Shown: positions 1 through 10,178, counted from the first letter of the stretch. The stretch: DNA of 64,000 bases from Gammaproteobacteria bacterium (GCA_029882215.1 JAOULC010000004.1:61701-125700); one strand, 5' to 3'. Notes: generated by a model not told the origin, from the sequence alone. Program-made: numbers and translations.

Positions 1-1231
1 TATAGCGTTTACGCGCATCATCTGTACCAGCCGTGAGTTTGTTCATCAGCACCAGTAATGCGATATCAACATGATCACCATGCTCCTGCCATTTGTTGTC
101 AATTAATTCGAGACGCGCTTCATTGGCAAGGACACCGCCCGCCAGTAATAACATTAAACTTTCCGGGTCATATACGCCGTTGTCATCGCGCGTGATATTA
201 CCATGCATATTCAGGCCTTCACCACTGACCGAATAGGCGCTGCCATCAGCCAGCATAATACGTCGAATAGTCAGTTCATTAAACGTCAGTGTGCCGGTTT
301 TATCTGAGGCGATAAAAGTACAAGAACCTAATGACTCAACGGCAACAAGCTTGCGAATAATGACGCCGACAGCTGCCATTCTTTTCATGCCGATAGCTAG
401 AGCGATGGTGATAGCCACCGGCAAACCTTCAGGAATCGCAGAAACAGCCAGCGCAACACCTAGCAGAAAGACGGTTGAAAGATCATCACCACGGGCTGCG
501 GTAACGATAAATATTAATGTAATTAGAATGAGCATGGCCCAGCTAATACGTGTGGTGAAACCCTGAATGCGCAGAACCAAGGGAGGCCTGGTATCTGCAT
601 CACTGCTAACATCCTGTGCAATCTTGCCTATTTCAGTCTTGATTCCTGTTGCAATCACTTCACCATGTGCACGGCCTCGCAGCACAATAGTGCCTGCGTA
701 AGCAAGATCAAGTCTGTCACCGGCAGGCATATCATCATGCCCTGTAAATTGTGCATCTTTGTCGGTTGCAAGAGACTCGCCCGTCAGCATAGACTCATCC
801 ACTTCCAGCTCCATCGTCCTTAACAGTTTGATGTCGGCAGGAATTTTGTCGCCTGAAACCAGCAGTGCAATATCACCGGGAACAATGTCTGCAGCATTGA
901 TAATGCACTGCTCTCCATCACGGATAACCGTGGCCTGATGCGGGACCATTTTTTCCAGTCCGGATGCTGATTTTTGTGCAGCGTATTCCTGAAAAGTTCC
1001 GATAGCAGCATTTAGAAACAGCACGCAGAGTATAAAAATGCCGTTGAGATTTTGCCCAAGCAGTAATGAGAGCACAACTGCGGCTAACAGTACGTAAATA
1101 AACGGGCTTTTAAACTGACGTAAAAATATTAAAGATAAGTCTGCCCGCTCAGGCTCTGGCAGACAGTTTGGGCCAAATTTAAACAGGCGCTGTTTTGCCT
1201 GTGCATGACTTAATCCGGATGGTGTTATCAT
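1..1231 (-). CDS. P-type cation-transporting ATPase (P2-type, Ca2+/Mg2+-ATPase-like), N-terminal ~410 aa; 3' end outside window
   Basis: Minus-strand frame from ATG at 1231 is open to window edge; translation contains TGES actuator motif and DKTGTLT aspartyl-phosphate motif plus N-terminal TM helices. Confidence 0.85.
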   Translation of the reverse strand, partial: MITPSGLSHAQAKQRLFKFGPNCLPEPERADLSLIFLRQFKSPFIYVLLAAVVLSLLLGQNLNGIFILCVLFLNAAIGTFQEYAAQKSASGLEKMVPHQATVIRDGEQCIINAADIVPGDIALLVSGDKIPADIKLLRTMELEVDESMLTGESLATDKDAQFTGHDDMPAGDRLDLAYAGTIVLRGRAHGEVIATGIKTEIGKIAQDVSSDADTRPPLVLRIQGFTTRISWAMLILITLIFIVTAARGDDLSTVFLLGVALAVSAIPEGLPVAITIALAIGMKRMAAVGVIIRKLVAVESLGSCTFIASDKTGTLTFNELTIRRIMLADGSAYSVSGEGLNMHGNITRDDNGVYDPESLMLLLAGGVLANEARLELIDNKWQEHGDHVDIALLVLMNKLTAGTDDARKRY

Positions 1232-1316
1232 CGGCTGCTCGGTCAGTACGAGAAACTAAAACATATTGACTTCAATATACTACAGTCTGCCGGGATTACG
1301 CAGCGCTGAATGTTTT

Positions 1317-2864
1317 CTAGCCCTGCATCTGTGTTGCCAGCTGCATAATTTCCTGCCGGTGTGTTACTGGCTTAAGCGCCAATAACTGTTTCATTAAGTC
1401 TCTGGCTTTATTTGCAGCTTCAAGGTGATACCAAAGCAGTTCAATTTCAAGAAGCCTGCAATGAACAGCATCAAATTCACCGTTATAACGACTATTCGCA
1501 TTATTAATCAGGCAATATGCCAGCTCATACTTTTGTAGCTTTATGGCTGACTGAGTTAATAATATCAACTCACCCGCCTGAGCAAGTACAAAATCTTTAG
1601 AAACCAGCTGACACTTTTCAGCATAACTCACAGCTGCAGAAAAACGCTGCGTATTTAATAATAAATAAATAACCAGACGCCCCACACATAAAAATGCCCG
1701 GCTGGGTTGCCACTGACTCATACGGTCAAAAAGCTCTTCATAAATTTCCACACTTCCCTGTTTATACTCAAAATCATCAAGCAATAATACAACAGCATCA
1801 CTGTCTCTTTCGGTTTGCACATAAGTATAGAGCTTACTTAAATGTGCCTCGCATTCACGCTCCGCGTTTTTGCTCCTTATCCTGTCATCAAACTGTTGTT
1901 TACCGCCAATATAACTGGCATCGAAGGTGTTTATATTACGACTATAGCGCCTGTAATTTATTTCTTCTTTTAATTCATCTTTGATATCCTGTCGTCTTTC
2001 CTTAAACCATAGCTTACCCAGAAAGTACCCGGTTATGCCGCCACTGACATGGGCAATAAGATTTACTCCTCCATTATTGCCGTCATTCAAAAGATCCCAG
2101 CTGTCCCAGCCTATATACCATAGCGCCAGAATCCAGGCCGGTATATAAACAGTTTTCAGAAAAGTAAAAAACCAGACAAACACCCTGATTTTAGCCTCTG
2201 GCATAAGATAAGCAGCGAGCCCGATCATGCCGCTAACAACTCCCGACAGACCCAGCGTAGGAACAGGATGGGTTCCGATGCTGATCAGTGAATAAGTAAT
2301 ATGTGTGCTAAAGGCAATAAGCAGTAAAGCTTTAATAAATTTCCAGCTATTGCTGATTAAGATTTCAAGCGCCGGAGTAAAGGCAAAGAAAAACAGCAGA
2401 TTAAAAAAAATATGCCCTAAGTCACCATGCGCCAGTGACGAAGTTATCATTTTTAACGGGTTCCATGAATCAGGATAATACATGATCGACTTATTAAGGC
2501 CACTGATCAGATCTTCTGAAAAAATCAGATAATGCTTTTCAATAAACTTAACAGTCATTCCCGTTGATCCAGAGTATAAGAGATTATCGCTAATAAACTG
2601 CTGCAGGTCCCAGTCATCCCGCAGGTAAACATGGATATCAGTGAGGATTTCTACGCATTCACGGCGACCATTTAACGGGCTTTCATTTAATCCCGGACTG
2701 TTTGCTTCAGAAAGAGACTGACAATACAGAGTTGCTGCCTGTAAAATCGTGCTGTTATTTTGATATTGCAGAAAAAAAATAACACTGCAAATTATCATTA
2801 CCGCGTAGGTAACGACCGGCAGTTTATTTAGCTTGAGCTCAGTACTATAAGGAATAAAAAACAT
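1317..2864 (-). CDS. Rhomboid-family intramembrane serine protease with extra N-terminal and long C-terminal helical (TPR-like) domain
   Basis: 515-aa ORF; rhomboid catalytic signatures GLSGVVSGMIG (GxSG) and AHVSGGITGYFLG (His helix); multiple TM helices; GGAG RBS 6 nt upstream of ATG. Confidence 0.7.
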   Translation of the reverse strand: MFFIPYSTELKLNKLPVVTYAVMIICSVIFFLQYQNNSTILQAATLYCQSLSEANSPGLNESPLNGRRECVEILTDIHVYLRDDWDLQQFISDNLLYSGSTGMTVKFIEKHYLIFSEDLISGLNKSIMYYPDSWNPLKMITSSLAHGDLGHIFFNLLFFFAFTPALEILISNSWKFIKALLLIAFSTHITYSLISIGTHPVPTLGLSGVVSGMIGLAAYLMPEAKIRVFVWFFTFLKTVYIPAWILALWYIGWDSWDLLNDGNNGGVNLIAHVSGGITGYFLGKLWFKERRQDIKDELKEEINYRRYSRNINTFDASYIGGKQQFDDRIRSKNAERECEAHLSKLYTYVQTERDSDAVVLLLDDFEYKQGSVEIYEELFDRMSQWQPSRAFLCVGRLVIYLLLNTQRFSAAVSYAEKCQLVSKDFVLAQAGELILLTQSAIKLQKYELAYCLINNANSRYNGEFDAVHCRLLEIELLWYHLEAANKARDLMKQLLALKPVTHRQEIMQLATQMQG

Positions 2865-3289
2865 ATCGCTCCGTGCTATGTTTATTGTTGCTATTTATTG
2901 TTATTGTGGCTTTATCTTATTCCATATCTCCACAGTATAAAAGCCATACGGGTATTTTAAAAAGTAAGTTTTTATACATTGTCGTAGCTAATCAGAGAGC
3001 GATTATTTGAAAAGCATACAATAACCATTCAAATATGAGCAGTATAAATAAAAAAGATAACAAAAACAGAGGGAAAACTGTTCAAAAAAACTCGGATAAC
3101 AAGTACCTGAGTTATTTATCTGGCTACGAAAGAGCAAGTAGCCACTTTTAACCGCTAGTGATATATACATGCAGCCGATAATAATGGACAGACGCTGATA
3201 TTTTATTTTTTAATTAGTACTCAGGCACAATGACAAACAACTCATACATGTATTGGTTACAAAATCAGGCATCCCTGCCAGCAACATCA

Positions 3290-4126
3290 CTACCAGCCGA
3301 ACATCATATTATCGACTAATAAATTTTGTCCATCATACTCATTTTTAGAGGCAACTATGAATTTCTGTGTTTGTTTACTGAAACGATTCAGAAGGTTATG
3401 TGCCGCCTGACTGCCCTTTTCACTCAGTAAAAATTGTGTTATTTCAGCTTGTTTTTCTGCACTAATTCGCGCACTAATGGTAATCCCCTGATTAGTCAGC
3501 ACCTGACTCTTAGCAATGACTTTTAAGCTGCTTCGTGCCTGTTGTTCCATATTGTTTTTGAAAAAGCTCTCTCTGAAAACAGCGGCATCACATTTTCCTG
3601 CTTTAAATGCAGCATATACTTTATTAAAGCCGTCTTTAATGGCGATGAACTTTGGTTGCTGCACCTGATTAGGAAACATAGAATAAACAGACAATGTACC
3701 AAGGTGTGGTGATGGTAATACGCAGATTTTACGTGATATTAAATCTTCTTTTGTATTAATTATCGAGTTGTCATTTTTTGTCACCAGAACAAAAGCTAAA
3801 TCACCGGGCAATCTGACCAATGGATTTGCATCAGTCTTATTAAAACGCCATGCAACAAAGTGCGGACCATCAAATACGAAATCATATTTACCTGATTTCA
3901 AAAACTTCTTGTACATTGACCAGTTACCAGGATGCACATACTTTACCTCTGCACCCATAATCCTGCTCAGTTCTGCAGTGAGTGATCCATAAGTTTTTAT
4001 GCCGTCTTCAGCACTCTCTCTGGGTGGTGCCGTGAAGTAGTATTCTGCTGCTGCTGTATTAATGCTTAAAACAGTCAGCACTGCGCTGCAAAATAACGAT
4101 TTCAATAGTTTGTTTGATTTATTCAT
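3290..4126 (-). CDS. Periplasmic PhnD-like (phosphonate-binding-type, PBP2) substrate-binding protein, paralog A; no transporter partner genes
   Basis: 278 aa, N-terminal signal peptide ending AAAEYYF; sequence pattern matches phosphonate-bd/PhnD-like family (Y..L...L....G..V..V......F.K.G.YDFVF.GPHFV.WR, GKCDAAVF); ~60% identical to ORF 5150..5989. Confidence 0.7.
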   Translation of the reverse strand: MNKSNKLLKSLFCSAVLTVLSINTAAAEYYFTAPPRESAEDGIKTYGSLTAELSRIMGAEVKYVHPGNWSMYKKFLKSGKYDFVFDGPHFVAWRFNKTDANPLVRLPGDLAFVLVTKNDNSIINTKEDLISRKICVLPSPHLGTLSVYSMFPNQVQQPKFIAIKDGFNKVYAAFKAGKCDAAVFRESFFKNNMEQQARSSLKVIAKSQVLTNQGITISARISAEKQAEITQFLLSEKGSQAAHNLLNRFSKQTQKFIVASKNEYDGQNLLVDNMMFGW

Positions 4127-4157
4127 TTAATTTTACCGGGTGTCAGAAACAAAGCAG

Positions 4158-4185
4158 GCTCTAACTCATCCGATAAGTATGAACT
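4158..4185 (-). promoter_or_regulatory. Conserved 28-nt upstream box (identical copy at 6022..6049) ~30 nt 5' of the paralog A start, followed by ATATTACC-N4-GGTAATAT palindrome (4192..4211)
   Basis: Exact 28/28 identity GCTCTAACTCATCCGATAAGTATGAACT (plus strand) in both upstream regions although flanking non-coding DNA has diverged; adjacent 8-bp-arm perfect inverted repeat. Confidence 0.55.
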
Positions 4186-4559
4186 TACCTTATATTACCA
4201 TACGGTAATATTATAAATTACTTACATTAAATCAGGTCATCTGCTGTGTATAAAAGCTAATAGGCAAAAAACTTCAAATATCAGGCAAAACTGTCTGGTT
4301 AATTTTTAAAGCGGTTTATAACAGTGAATCAACTTATATAATCATGAAATTAAAAAATAATCTGCTTGATTAGACAATAGAGATAATAAGCATTATTTTA
4401 TACTCACGGATAGAGCATCTCATTAATATCATGGTTAAATTAATGCCATCATATATTGTAAATATTCACAACTCGGCTGTGTCATTAACGCTCTAACAAT
4501 AAAAAATGCTATAGTTTATTTTAATTTAGATACATAAAAGCAATCACTAAGGAGATTGT

Positions 4560-4982
4560 ATGGCGGCAGTAAAAGAAATGTCCTGGCTAGGTATAGGCAT
4601 CAGGTTTTTAATCGCCTGGATTATCGTTTTCTCAAGTTATAACCCCAGTGGTTACTCATTTGTCAGCTGGGTACTTAATACTGAATCCGGCAATATTGTC
4701 TTTAAAGTCTTTATTGGTGTTACGCTTATCATTGGCTGGGCCATATATATTCGCGCAACCAGACGGTCATTGGGGATGATTGGAATTGTACTGGCCTTTG
4801 CTTTCTTTGCCGCATTACTTTGGTTATTAATCGACCTGAACATAATACCTGCAAATACAGCGAGCGCAGTTACTTATATCGTACTTTTTATTATTGGCTG
4901 CTTGCTTGCAACCGGCATGTGCTGGTCTCATATTCGTCGTCGGATTAGCGGTCAACTGGATGTTGATGAGATTGAGAGTTAA
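4560..4982 (+). CDS. Small integral membrane protein (4 predicted TM helices), function unknown
   Basis: 140-aa ORF with strong AAGGAG Shine-Dalgarno 8 nt upstream; four hydrophobic segments; sits between the two PhnD-like paralogs on opposite strand. Confidence 0.65.
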   Translation: MAAVKEMSWLGIGIRFLIAWIIVFSSYNPSGYSFVSWVLNTESGNIVFKVFIGVTLIIGWAIYIRATRRSLGMIGIVLAFAFFAALLWLLIDLNIIPANTASAVTYIVLFIIGCLLATGMCWSHIRRRISGQLDVDEIES

Positions 4983-5149
4983 ACTTCAGTTTTGAATTGT
5001 GTGAGTTCAATACACCTAATTAAAATAGTGAGCTCACCTATTCTTCGTAAAGCCAAGCCCGTCGAATAAAAGCGGGCAACCTGTTGGCCGTGTTCCCGGG
5101 CTATACACAAAGCAACAACAGTGTCACTGCCAGCCGCTCTACAATTGTT

Positions 5150-5989
5150 TTACCAGCCGAAAATCATATTATCGACCAACAGGTTCTGACCATCATATTC
5201 ATTTTTACTGGTGTAAATAAACTTTTTATTTTTCTTACTAAAGCGTTTTAACAAATTATCAGCTGCTTCACTGCCTTCTTTGCTCACCAGAAACTCTGCA
5301 ATTTTTTTCTGTTTATCTGCACTAACACGCTTACTGATTGTTATGCCCTGATTAGTCATGGTCGGGCTCGTAGCGAGCACTTTTAAAGCTTCACGTGCAT
5401 TGTCGTCCATGTTGTGCTTATAAAAACTCTCTCTGAAAACAGCCGCATCGCACTTACCTGCTTTAAAGCTCGCATATACCTTTTTAAAGCCGCCACCGGC
5501 ACTGGCAACAAATTTTGGCTGCTGCACCTGATTGGGAAACATGGAATAAATAGCCAGCGTTCCCAGATGAGGTGATGGTATCACACAGATTTTACGGGAA
5601 ATTAAATCTTCTTTTGTTTTAATCATATTGTTGTCTTTGGCTGCAACCAGAACAAAAGAAATATCACCCGGAAGGCGGACCAAAGGATCAACATCGGTAT
5701 TATTAAATCGCCAGGATACAAAGTGCGGCCCATCAAAAACAAAGTCGTAGTCTCCCGATTTCACAAACTTTTTATAAGTTGGCCAGTTTTTTGGATGCAC
5801 ATACTTCACTTCTGAGCCCATTATTTGGCTTAGTTTAGCAACCAATGGGCCATAGGTTTCAAGCCCTTTTGCAGCACTTTCTCGTGGCGGTGCTGTGAAA
5901 AGGTATTCTGCTGTCGCAGAGCTGATGAATAACACTGAAATAAGTGCACTAGAAGATAGCAAATTAATGAATTTGTTAATTTTTACCAT
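5150..5989 (-). CDS. Periplasmic PhnD-like substrate-binding protein, paralog B
   Basis: 279 aa with signal peptide (ATAEYLF); colinear with and ~60% identical to 3290..4126; same family signatures. Confidence 0.7.
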   Translation of the reverse strand: MVKINKFINLLSSSALISVLFISSATAEYLFTAPPRESAAKGLETYGPLVAKLSQIMGSEVKYVHPKNWPTYKKFVKSGDYDFVFDGPHFVSWRFNNTDVDPLVRLPGDISFVLVAAKDNNMIKTKEDLISRKICVIPSPHLGTLAIYSMFPNQVQQPKFVASAGGGFKKVYASFKAGKCDAAVFRESFYKHNMDDNAREALKVLATSPTMTNQGITISKRVSADKQKKIAEFLVSKEGSEAADNLLKRFSKKNKKFIYTSKNEYDGQNLLVDNMIFGW

Positions 5990-6021
5990 AATTCTTACCG
6001 ATGAGAATAATTATAAAGACT

Positions 6022-6049
6022 GCTCTAACTCATCCGATAAGTATGAACT
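6022..6049 (-). promoter_or_regulatory. Second copy of conserved 28-nt upstream box, followed by ATATTA ... TAATAT inverted repeat (6050..6085) enclosing CTGCTTAAATTAGCAG hairpin
   Basis: Identical 28-mer to 4158..4185 at equivalent distance (~32 nt) from the paralog B start codon. Confidence 0.55.
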
Positions 6050-6360
6050 ATATTAACTACTGCTTAAATTAGCAGGCAATAATATCACCTTTAGTTAAAA
6101 AAAGAGTTCATTTGGTAGCGCATTTTCTACACTTCATCGCGTATTCGACCGAACTGTAATTAGTGAGTGACAAAATTTGATCGAACATCTTGTTTACTAT
6201 TTTAACTCTACTGGCGCCTGCTAGTGCAAGCTATAGCGGAGACCGAATAGCCTAAATATTATAAGGTTTTAATTATTAGTGCTGTTAAAAAATAGAGATG
6301 TGATAATTGATAAGCGGCTAAAAAACAAACAGGAATTATCATAATAAAACCCGGAGCATC

Positions 6361-7197
6361 TCACTTATTTTTATATTTTCTTTTTGAATTTTTTTTACTG
6401 ATCGGGGTTGTTTTAGATTTGAATACCCTTCTTGACTTGCTTTTTTTAGCTGCTGGTTTGTCGGTTGTTTTTTTGGAATTGACAAGTGATTTATCAATTT
6501 CAGCCATTTCGTCTCTGGTCAGGTTTCTCCACTCCCCTGTTTTCAGCTTACCTAAGTGTACATTCATTATTCGTACACGCTTTAGCTTTGTCACCTCATA
6601 ACCCAGATATTCACACATCCTCCGAATCTGACGGTTAAGGCCTTCTGTAAGGATTATTTTAAAGACAAAACGACTTTGAATAGTCACTTTACAGCGCTTA
6701 GTCACGGTATCCAGAACAGGCACCCCCTGAGACATGAGTTCAACAAAGCGCTCTGTTAGTGGTTTGTTAACCGTAACAATGTACTCTTTATCATGGTCAT
6801 TACCTGCACGCAGAATCTTGTTAACGATGTCACCGTCGCTGGTGAGAAAAATCAAACCCTCTGAGGGCTTATCCAGCCGGCCAACAGGAAAAATTCGTTC
6901 GCGGTGTCCGATAGCATCGATGATATTACCGGCAATATTACGCTCTGTTGTACAGGTAATACCGACAGGTTTGTTATAGGCAATATAAATACGGTCTGAT
7001 TTATTAACCGCACTGGGCTTTATGCGCTTGCCATCTGCGATGACAATATCTATATCTGAAACTTTACTGCCCAATTCTGGCAGCTTACCATTAATTGTCA
7101 CTCTCTTTTGCTCTATAAGCTTATCCGCCTCGCGACGAGAACAAAAACCAGAGTCACTAATAAATTTATTTAGACGAATGCCGCTATCTGTATTCAA
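6361..7197 (-). CDS. rluF: 23S rRNA pseudouridine synthase RluF (S4 domain + RsuA/RluB/RluF catalytic domain, Lys-rich C-tail)
   Basis: 278 aa; near-colinear match to E. coli RluF (SVRLNKYISESG.CSRREAD, PVGRLDKDSEGLIFLT, NRQIRRMCE); basic C-terminal tail. Confidence 0.9.
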   Translation of the reverse strand: MNTDSGIRLNKFISDSGFCSRREADKLIEQKRVTINGKLPELGSKVSDIDIVIADGKRIKPSAVNKSDRIYIAYNKPVGITCTTERNIAGNIIDAIGHRERIFPVGRLDKPSEGLIFLTSDGDIVNKILRAGNDHDKEYIVTVNKPLTERFVELMSQGVPVLDTVTKRCKVTIQSRFVFKIILTEGLNRQIRRMCEYLGYEVTKLKRVRIMNVHLGKLKTGEWRNLTRDEMAEIDKSLVNSKKTTDKPAAKKSKSRRVFKSKTTPISKKNSKRKYKNK

Positions 7198-7304
7198 AGT
7201 ATATTACGCACTATAAAAATACTAGGGTATCATAAAAAACGTTCGGTTTAGTACTCTATACTATTTATACAGCAGCAGAAGCCCTGACACAGAATAAAGT
7301 CTTT

Positions 7305-10178
7305 TTATATACCCAGTTTCTGACTGATGCTTGCTAATAATTCTTTTGCATTGATTGGTTTTGTAACATAATCATCAAAACCGGCCGCCAGCCCCCTGTC
7401 AATATCTTTCTGCATAGCATTTGCACTCAATGCAACGACAACAATATCGCGGGTTTCCTTATGCTGTTTTAAATGTCTAAGCACATCAAACCCGTTCATT
7501 CCGGGCAGATTAATATCAAGCAGTATCAGGTCTGGCCGGTGCTCGATTGCAAGCTCTAATCCTAAGAACGGCTCATGCGCACTCCACATATGAATAGAGG
7601 GCTGGTGTGACAATAATAATTGCACTAATCTCAAATTAGTCGGGTTATCTTCAATATAAAGGACGTTATATTTTTTTCCCGGATCAGAATCATTATCCAT
7701 CTTTGTATCTCCATTTGATAGCGGCAACATCGGATAATATTGTGCCGGTTTCGACTTAGCATGATCTTCTGATGAATCACCGGCAGGTAATATAAACCAG
7801 AAAGTACTGCCGATACCCGGCTGACTATCCACACCAATTTTACCTTGCATTAATTCAATGAGGTTTTTAGTAATAACTAGACCTATTCCGGTGCCTTCTA
7901 TTTCAGACTGTTCAGCACCTAAGCGATTAAAAGGTTTAAATAACTGTACCTGCTGTTCATTTGTTAAACCAGCACCGCTATCAATAATACTGACGCGAGT
8001 ATAATCACAATCAGTCGTATCATAAGTAATGACAATAGAACCGTTCTCACTATTATATTTGACCGCATTACTCAGGAGATTTAAAAGCACCTGCTTCACT
8101 CTGGTACGATCACCCTTGACGATACTTCGCTGACATAATAATTCACTAACCGCTATGGCCGTGTCATTACGTTTAATAAAAATTGTCAGACCATGTTTTT
8201 CAGCTAAAGGTGTAATTAATTTAAGTGCTTCTTCTATCAGCTCTTCAAGTGAGATAGGTTCGATTGATAACTCTATCCGGCCTGATTCTATTTTAGTAAG
8301 GTCAAGTATTTCATTAATCAGTGCTAAAAGATGCTCGCCGCCCTTTTGTATTTCGTTAACGTACTCAGTCTGTACAGAACTTAAATCATCGCCATTTAAT
8401 TCCAGTAACTGACTAAAACCTATAATCGCATTAAGCGGTGTACGCAGCTCATGACTCATGCTGGACAGAAACTGGGATTTGGCATGATTAGCATTTTCTG
8501 CCTCATCACGTGCATCCAGCAGTGCCTTTTTGGCTAACTCCCTGGAAGTAATGTCGCGCAAAACACCAACGTAACCTGACCGTACATCCCCCTGCATTGG
8601 TGTTACATTCAGTTCCATCGGAAAAGAACTGCCGTCTTTTCGGCATCCCTTAAGATCTCTTGTTCGATGGATAATCCGGGGTTCATTCAATGCTGAATTT
8701 TTAGTGTACTCTTCATGCTCATCTCTCTCATCCTGATGAAGCAAGATTGATACATTTTTGCCGATAACTTCTTCAGATGTATAATTAAATATCTTTTCAG
8801 CTGCCGGGTTAAAGCCATCGATAATGCCGTGATCATCGATGGTAACAATGGCATCTGCAATGGCTTTGAAAACGGTTCTCTGTTGTGCTTCACTTTGCTC
8901 AAGAGAGCGGGTTCTTTCTGCAACCTGTGCTTCTAAATTATCGTTTAGATCACGCAGGTTTTTTTGCGAACTGTCAACCTGCTGAATCATACTTTCAAAT
9001 GAGCGCGCCAGTACTCCCACTTCATCATTCAAATACAGCGGCAAACTTTCCAGTGAGCTTTTATTATGCGAGTAATCATCGACTGCTGACGTCATTTGTT
9101 TTATAGGACGGGTAACACGCACAGATACAAGTATTGCAATACCAGTGGCTATAAAAGCCAGAATAAGACCCCATATTGCCATATCGTTAAGTACAGCTGA
9201 CTGACTGGCAACAATATCACCAAAAGCCTGACTCATGGTCACCGAGATATATCGCTCGGGTCGTAAAGGATCGAACAGAATTTTTGAAAATACTATAGCG
9301 TAGTCACTTTTGCTTTCATCAGGTTTGAGTACATGGTGCATTTTTTTATTTTCTGGCAGAAACAGCTTAGCAAGACGGGGAATATCTTCCTGTATACGAT
9401 AACGTTTACCCAGATCAAAACCATAGGTTTTACTTTTATCAGGATGCAGTAAATAACCACCCTGATCGTTTGTTATATAAATATTTCGTCCGGTTTTCTC
9501 AATCTCATTATGAATCTTTTGTAACTCTTCACCAATTTCAGTAGTAATCAGAACAATTCCGGCTACAGCGCCCGTTCTGTTATCATATACTGGTGTCGAA
9601 GTCCGCATAACCTGACGGTGAGGCTGGCTAACTTTTCCATATTCGCGGTTAAGGTTTATTTCCGATAAATATACAGCACCACTTTCTAATTTCATTGCTT
9701 CAATAAAATAACGTCTTTTTTTCTTACTTTGTAATCGTTCATCACTCATTGCCGCTATTTTTTTAGTTTCAAAATTGCGCTCAACGACAATTAACTCCTG
9801 GCCATTTTTATCGATAAACCGAAGTGTAAGGTAGGATTTTTTACTATTTATTACCGTTGTAAAAATTGACTCCAGACGTAATTTCCACTGCGTAAATGTT
9901 GACTGACCTATCGCATCATAATTATTCGAACTTTTAGCCCGGATAATACCCTGAATCGGCGGTGTTTCAGATAAAATCAATACCTCTGCATACAGATCCT
10001 CAATTTTACTTTGTAGCCGGTTCCCGGTATTTTGAATCTCGGCTTCAATCGCGCTGAAGGTATTTTCTACTAATATATTAGAAATTTTAGTATAGAAAAG
10101 ACCGCCGATAACACTACTGGTCAGCAATACAACCAGCACTGTACTTAAGCTAAACTTATGAACAATCGATAACTTCAT
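7305..10178 (-). CDS. Hybrid sensor histidine kinase: TM - large periplasmic Cache-like domain - TM - HAMP - PAS - HisKA - HATPase_c - C-terminal REC
   Basis: 957 aa; H-box [15 protein letters not shown]-boxes GTGIGL, receiver with LILLDINLPGMNG; two TM segments flanking ~300-aa periplasmic region. Confidence 0.9.
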   Translation of the reverse strand: MKLSIVHKFSLSTVLVVLLTSSVIGGLFYTKISNILVENTFSAIEAEIQNTGNRLQSKIEDLYAEVLILSETPPIQGIIRAKSSNNYDAIGQSTFTQWKLRLESIFTTVINSKKSYLTLRFIDKNGQELIVVERNFETKKIAAMSDERLQSKKKRRYFIEAMKLESGAVYLSEINLNREYGKVSQPHRQVMRTSTPVYDNRTGAVAGIVLITTEIGEELQKIHNEIEKTGRNIYITNDQGGYLLHPDKSKTYGFDLGKRYRIQEDIPRLAKLFLPENKKMHHVLKPDESKSDYAIVFSKILFDPLRPERYISVTMSQAFGDIVASQSAVLNDMAIWGLILAFIATGIAILVSVRVTRPIKQMTSAVDDYSHNKSSLESLPLYLNDEVGVLARSFESMIQQVDSSQKNLRDLNDNLEAQVAERTRSLEQSEAQQRTVFKAIADAIVTIDDHGIIDGFNPAAEKIFNYTSEEVIGKNVSILLHQDERDEHEEYTKNSALNEPRIIHRTRDLKGCRKDGSSFPMELNVTPMQGDVRSGYVGVLRDITSRELAKKALLDARDEAENANHAKSQFLSSMSHELRTPLNAIIGFSQLLELNGDDLSSVQTEYVNEIQKGGEHLLALINEILDLTKIESGRIELSIEPISLEELIEEALKLITPLAEKHGLTIFIKRNDTAIAVSELLCQRSIVKGDRTRVKQVLLNLLSNAVKYNSENGSIVITYDTTDCDYTRVSIIDSGAGLTNEQQVQLFKPFNRLGAEQSEIEGTGIGLVITKNLIELMQGKIGVDSQPGIGSTFWFILPAGDSSEDHAKSKPAQYYPMLPLSNGDTKMDNDSDPGKKYNVLYIEDNPTNLRLVQLLLSHQPSIHMWSAHEPFLGLELAIEHRPDLILLDINLPGMNGFDVLRHLKQHKETRDIVVVALSANAMQKDIDRGLAAGFDDYVTKPINAKELLASISQKLGI

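Noticed and set aside
291-566. 91-aa plus-strand ORF
   Set aside because: Lies antisense inside the P-type ATPase coding region, which has unambiguous TGES/DKTGTLT motifs; shadow ORF.
1694-1984. 96-aa plus-strand ORF
   Set aside because: Antisense within the rhomboid gene; Cys/His-rich low-complexity translation typical of shadow frames.
4983-5149. GTGAGCTCAC palindrome and GCCCG...CGGGC hairpin between the 4-TM gene and paralog B
   Set aside because: Most simply explained as convergent transcription terminators; not reported as a separate regulatory element.
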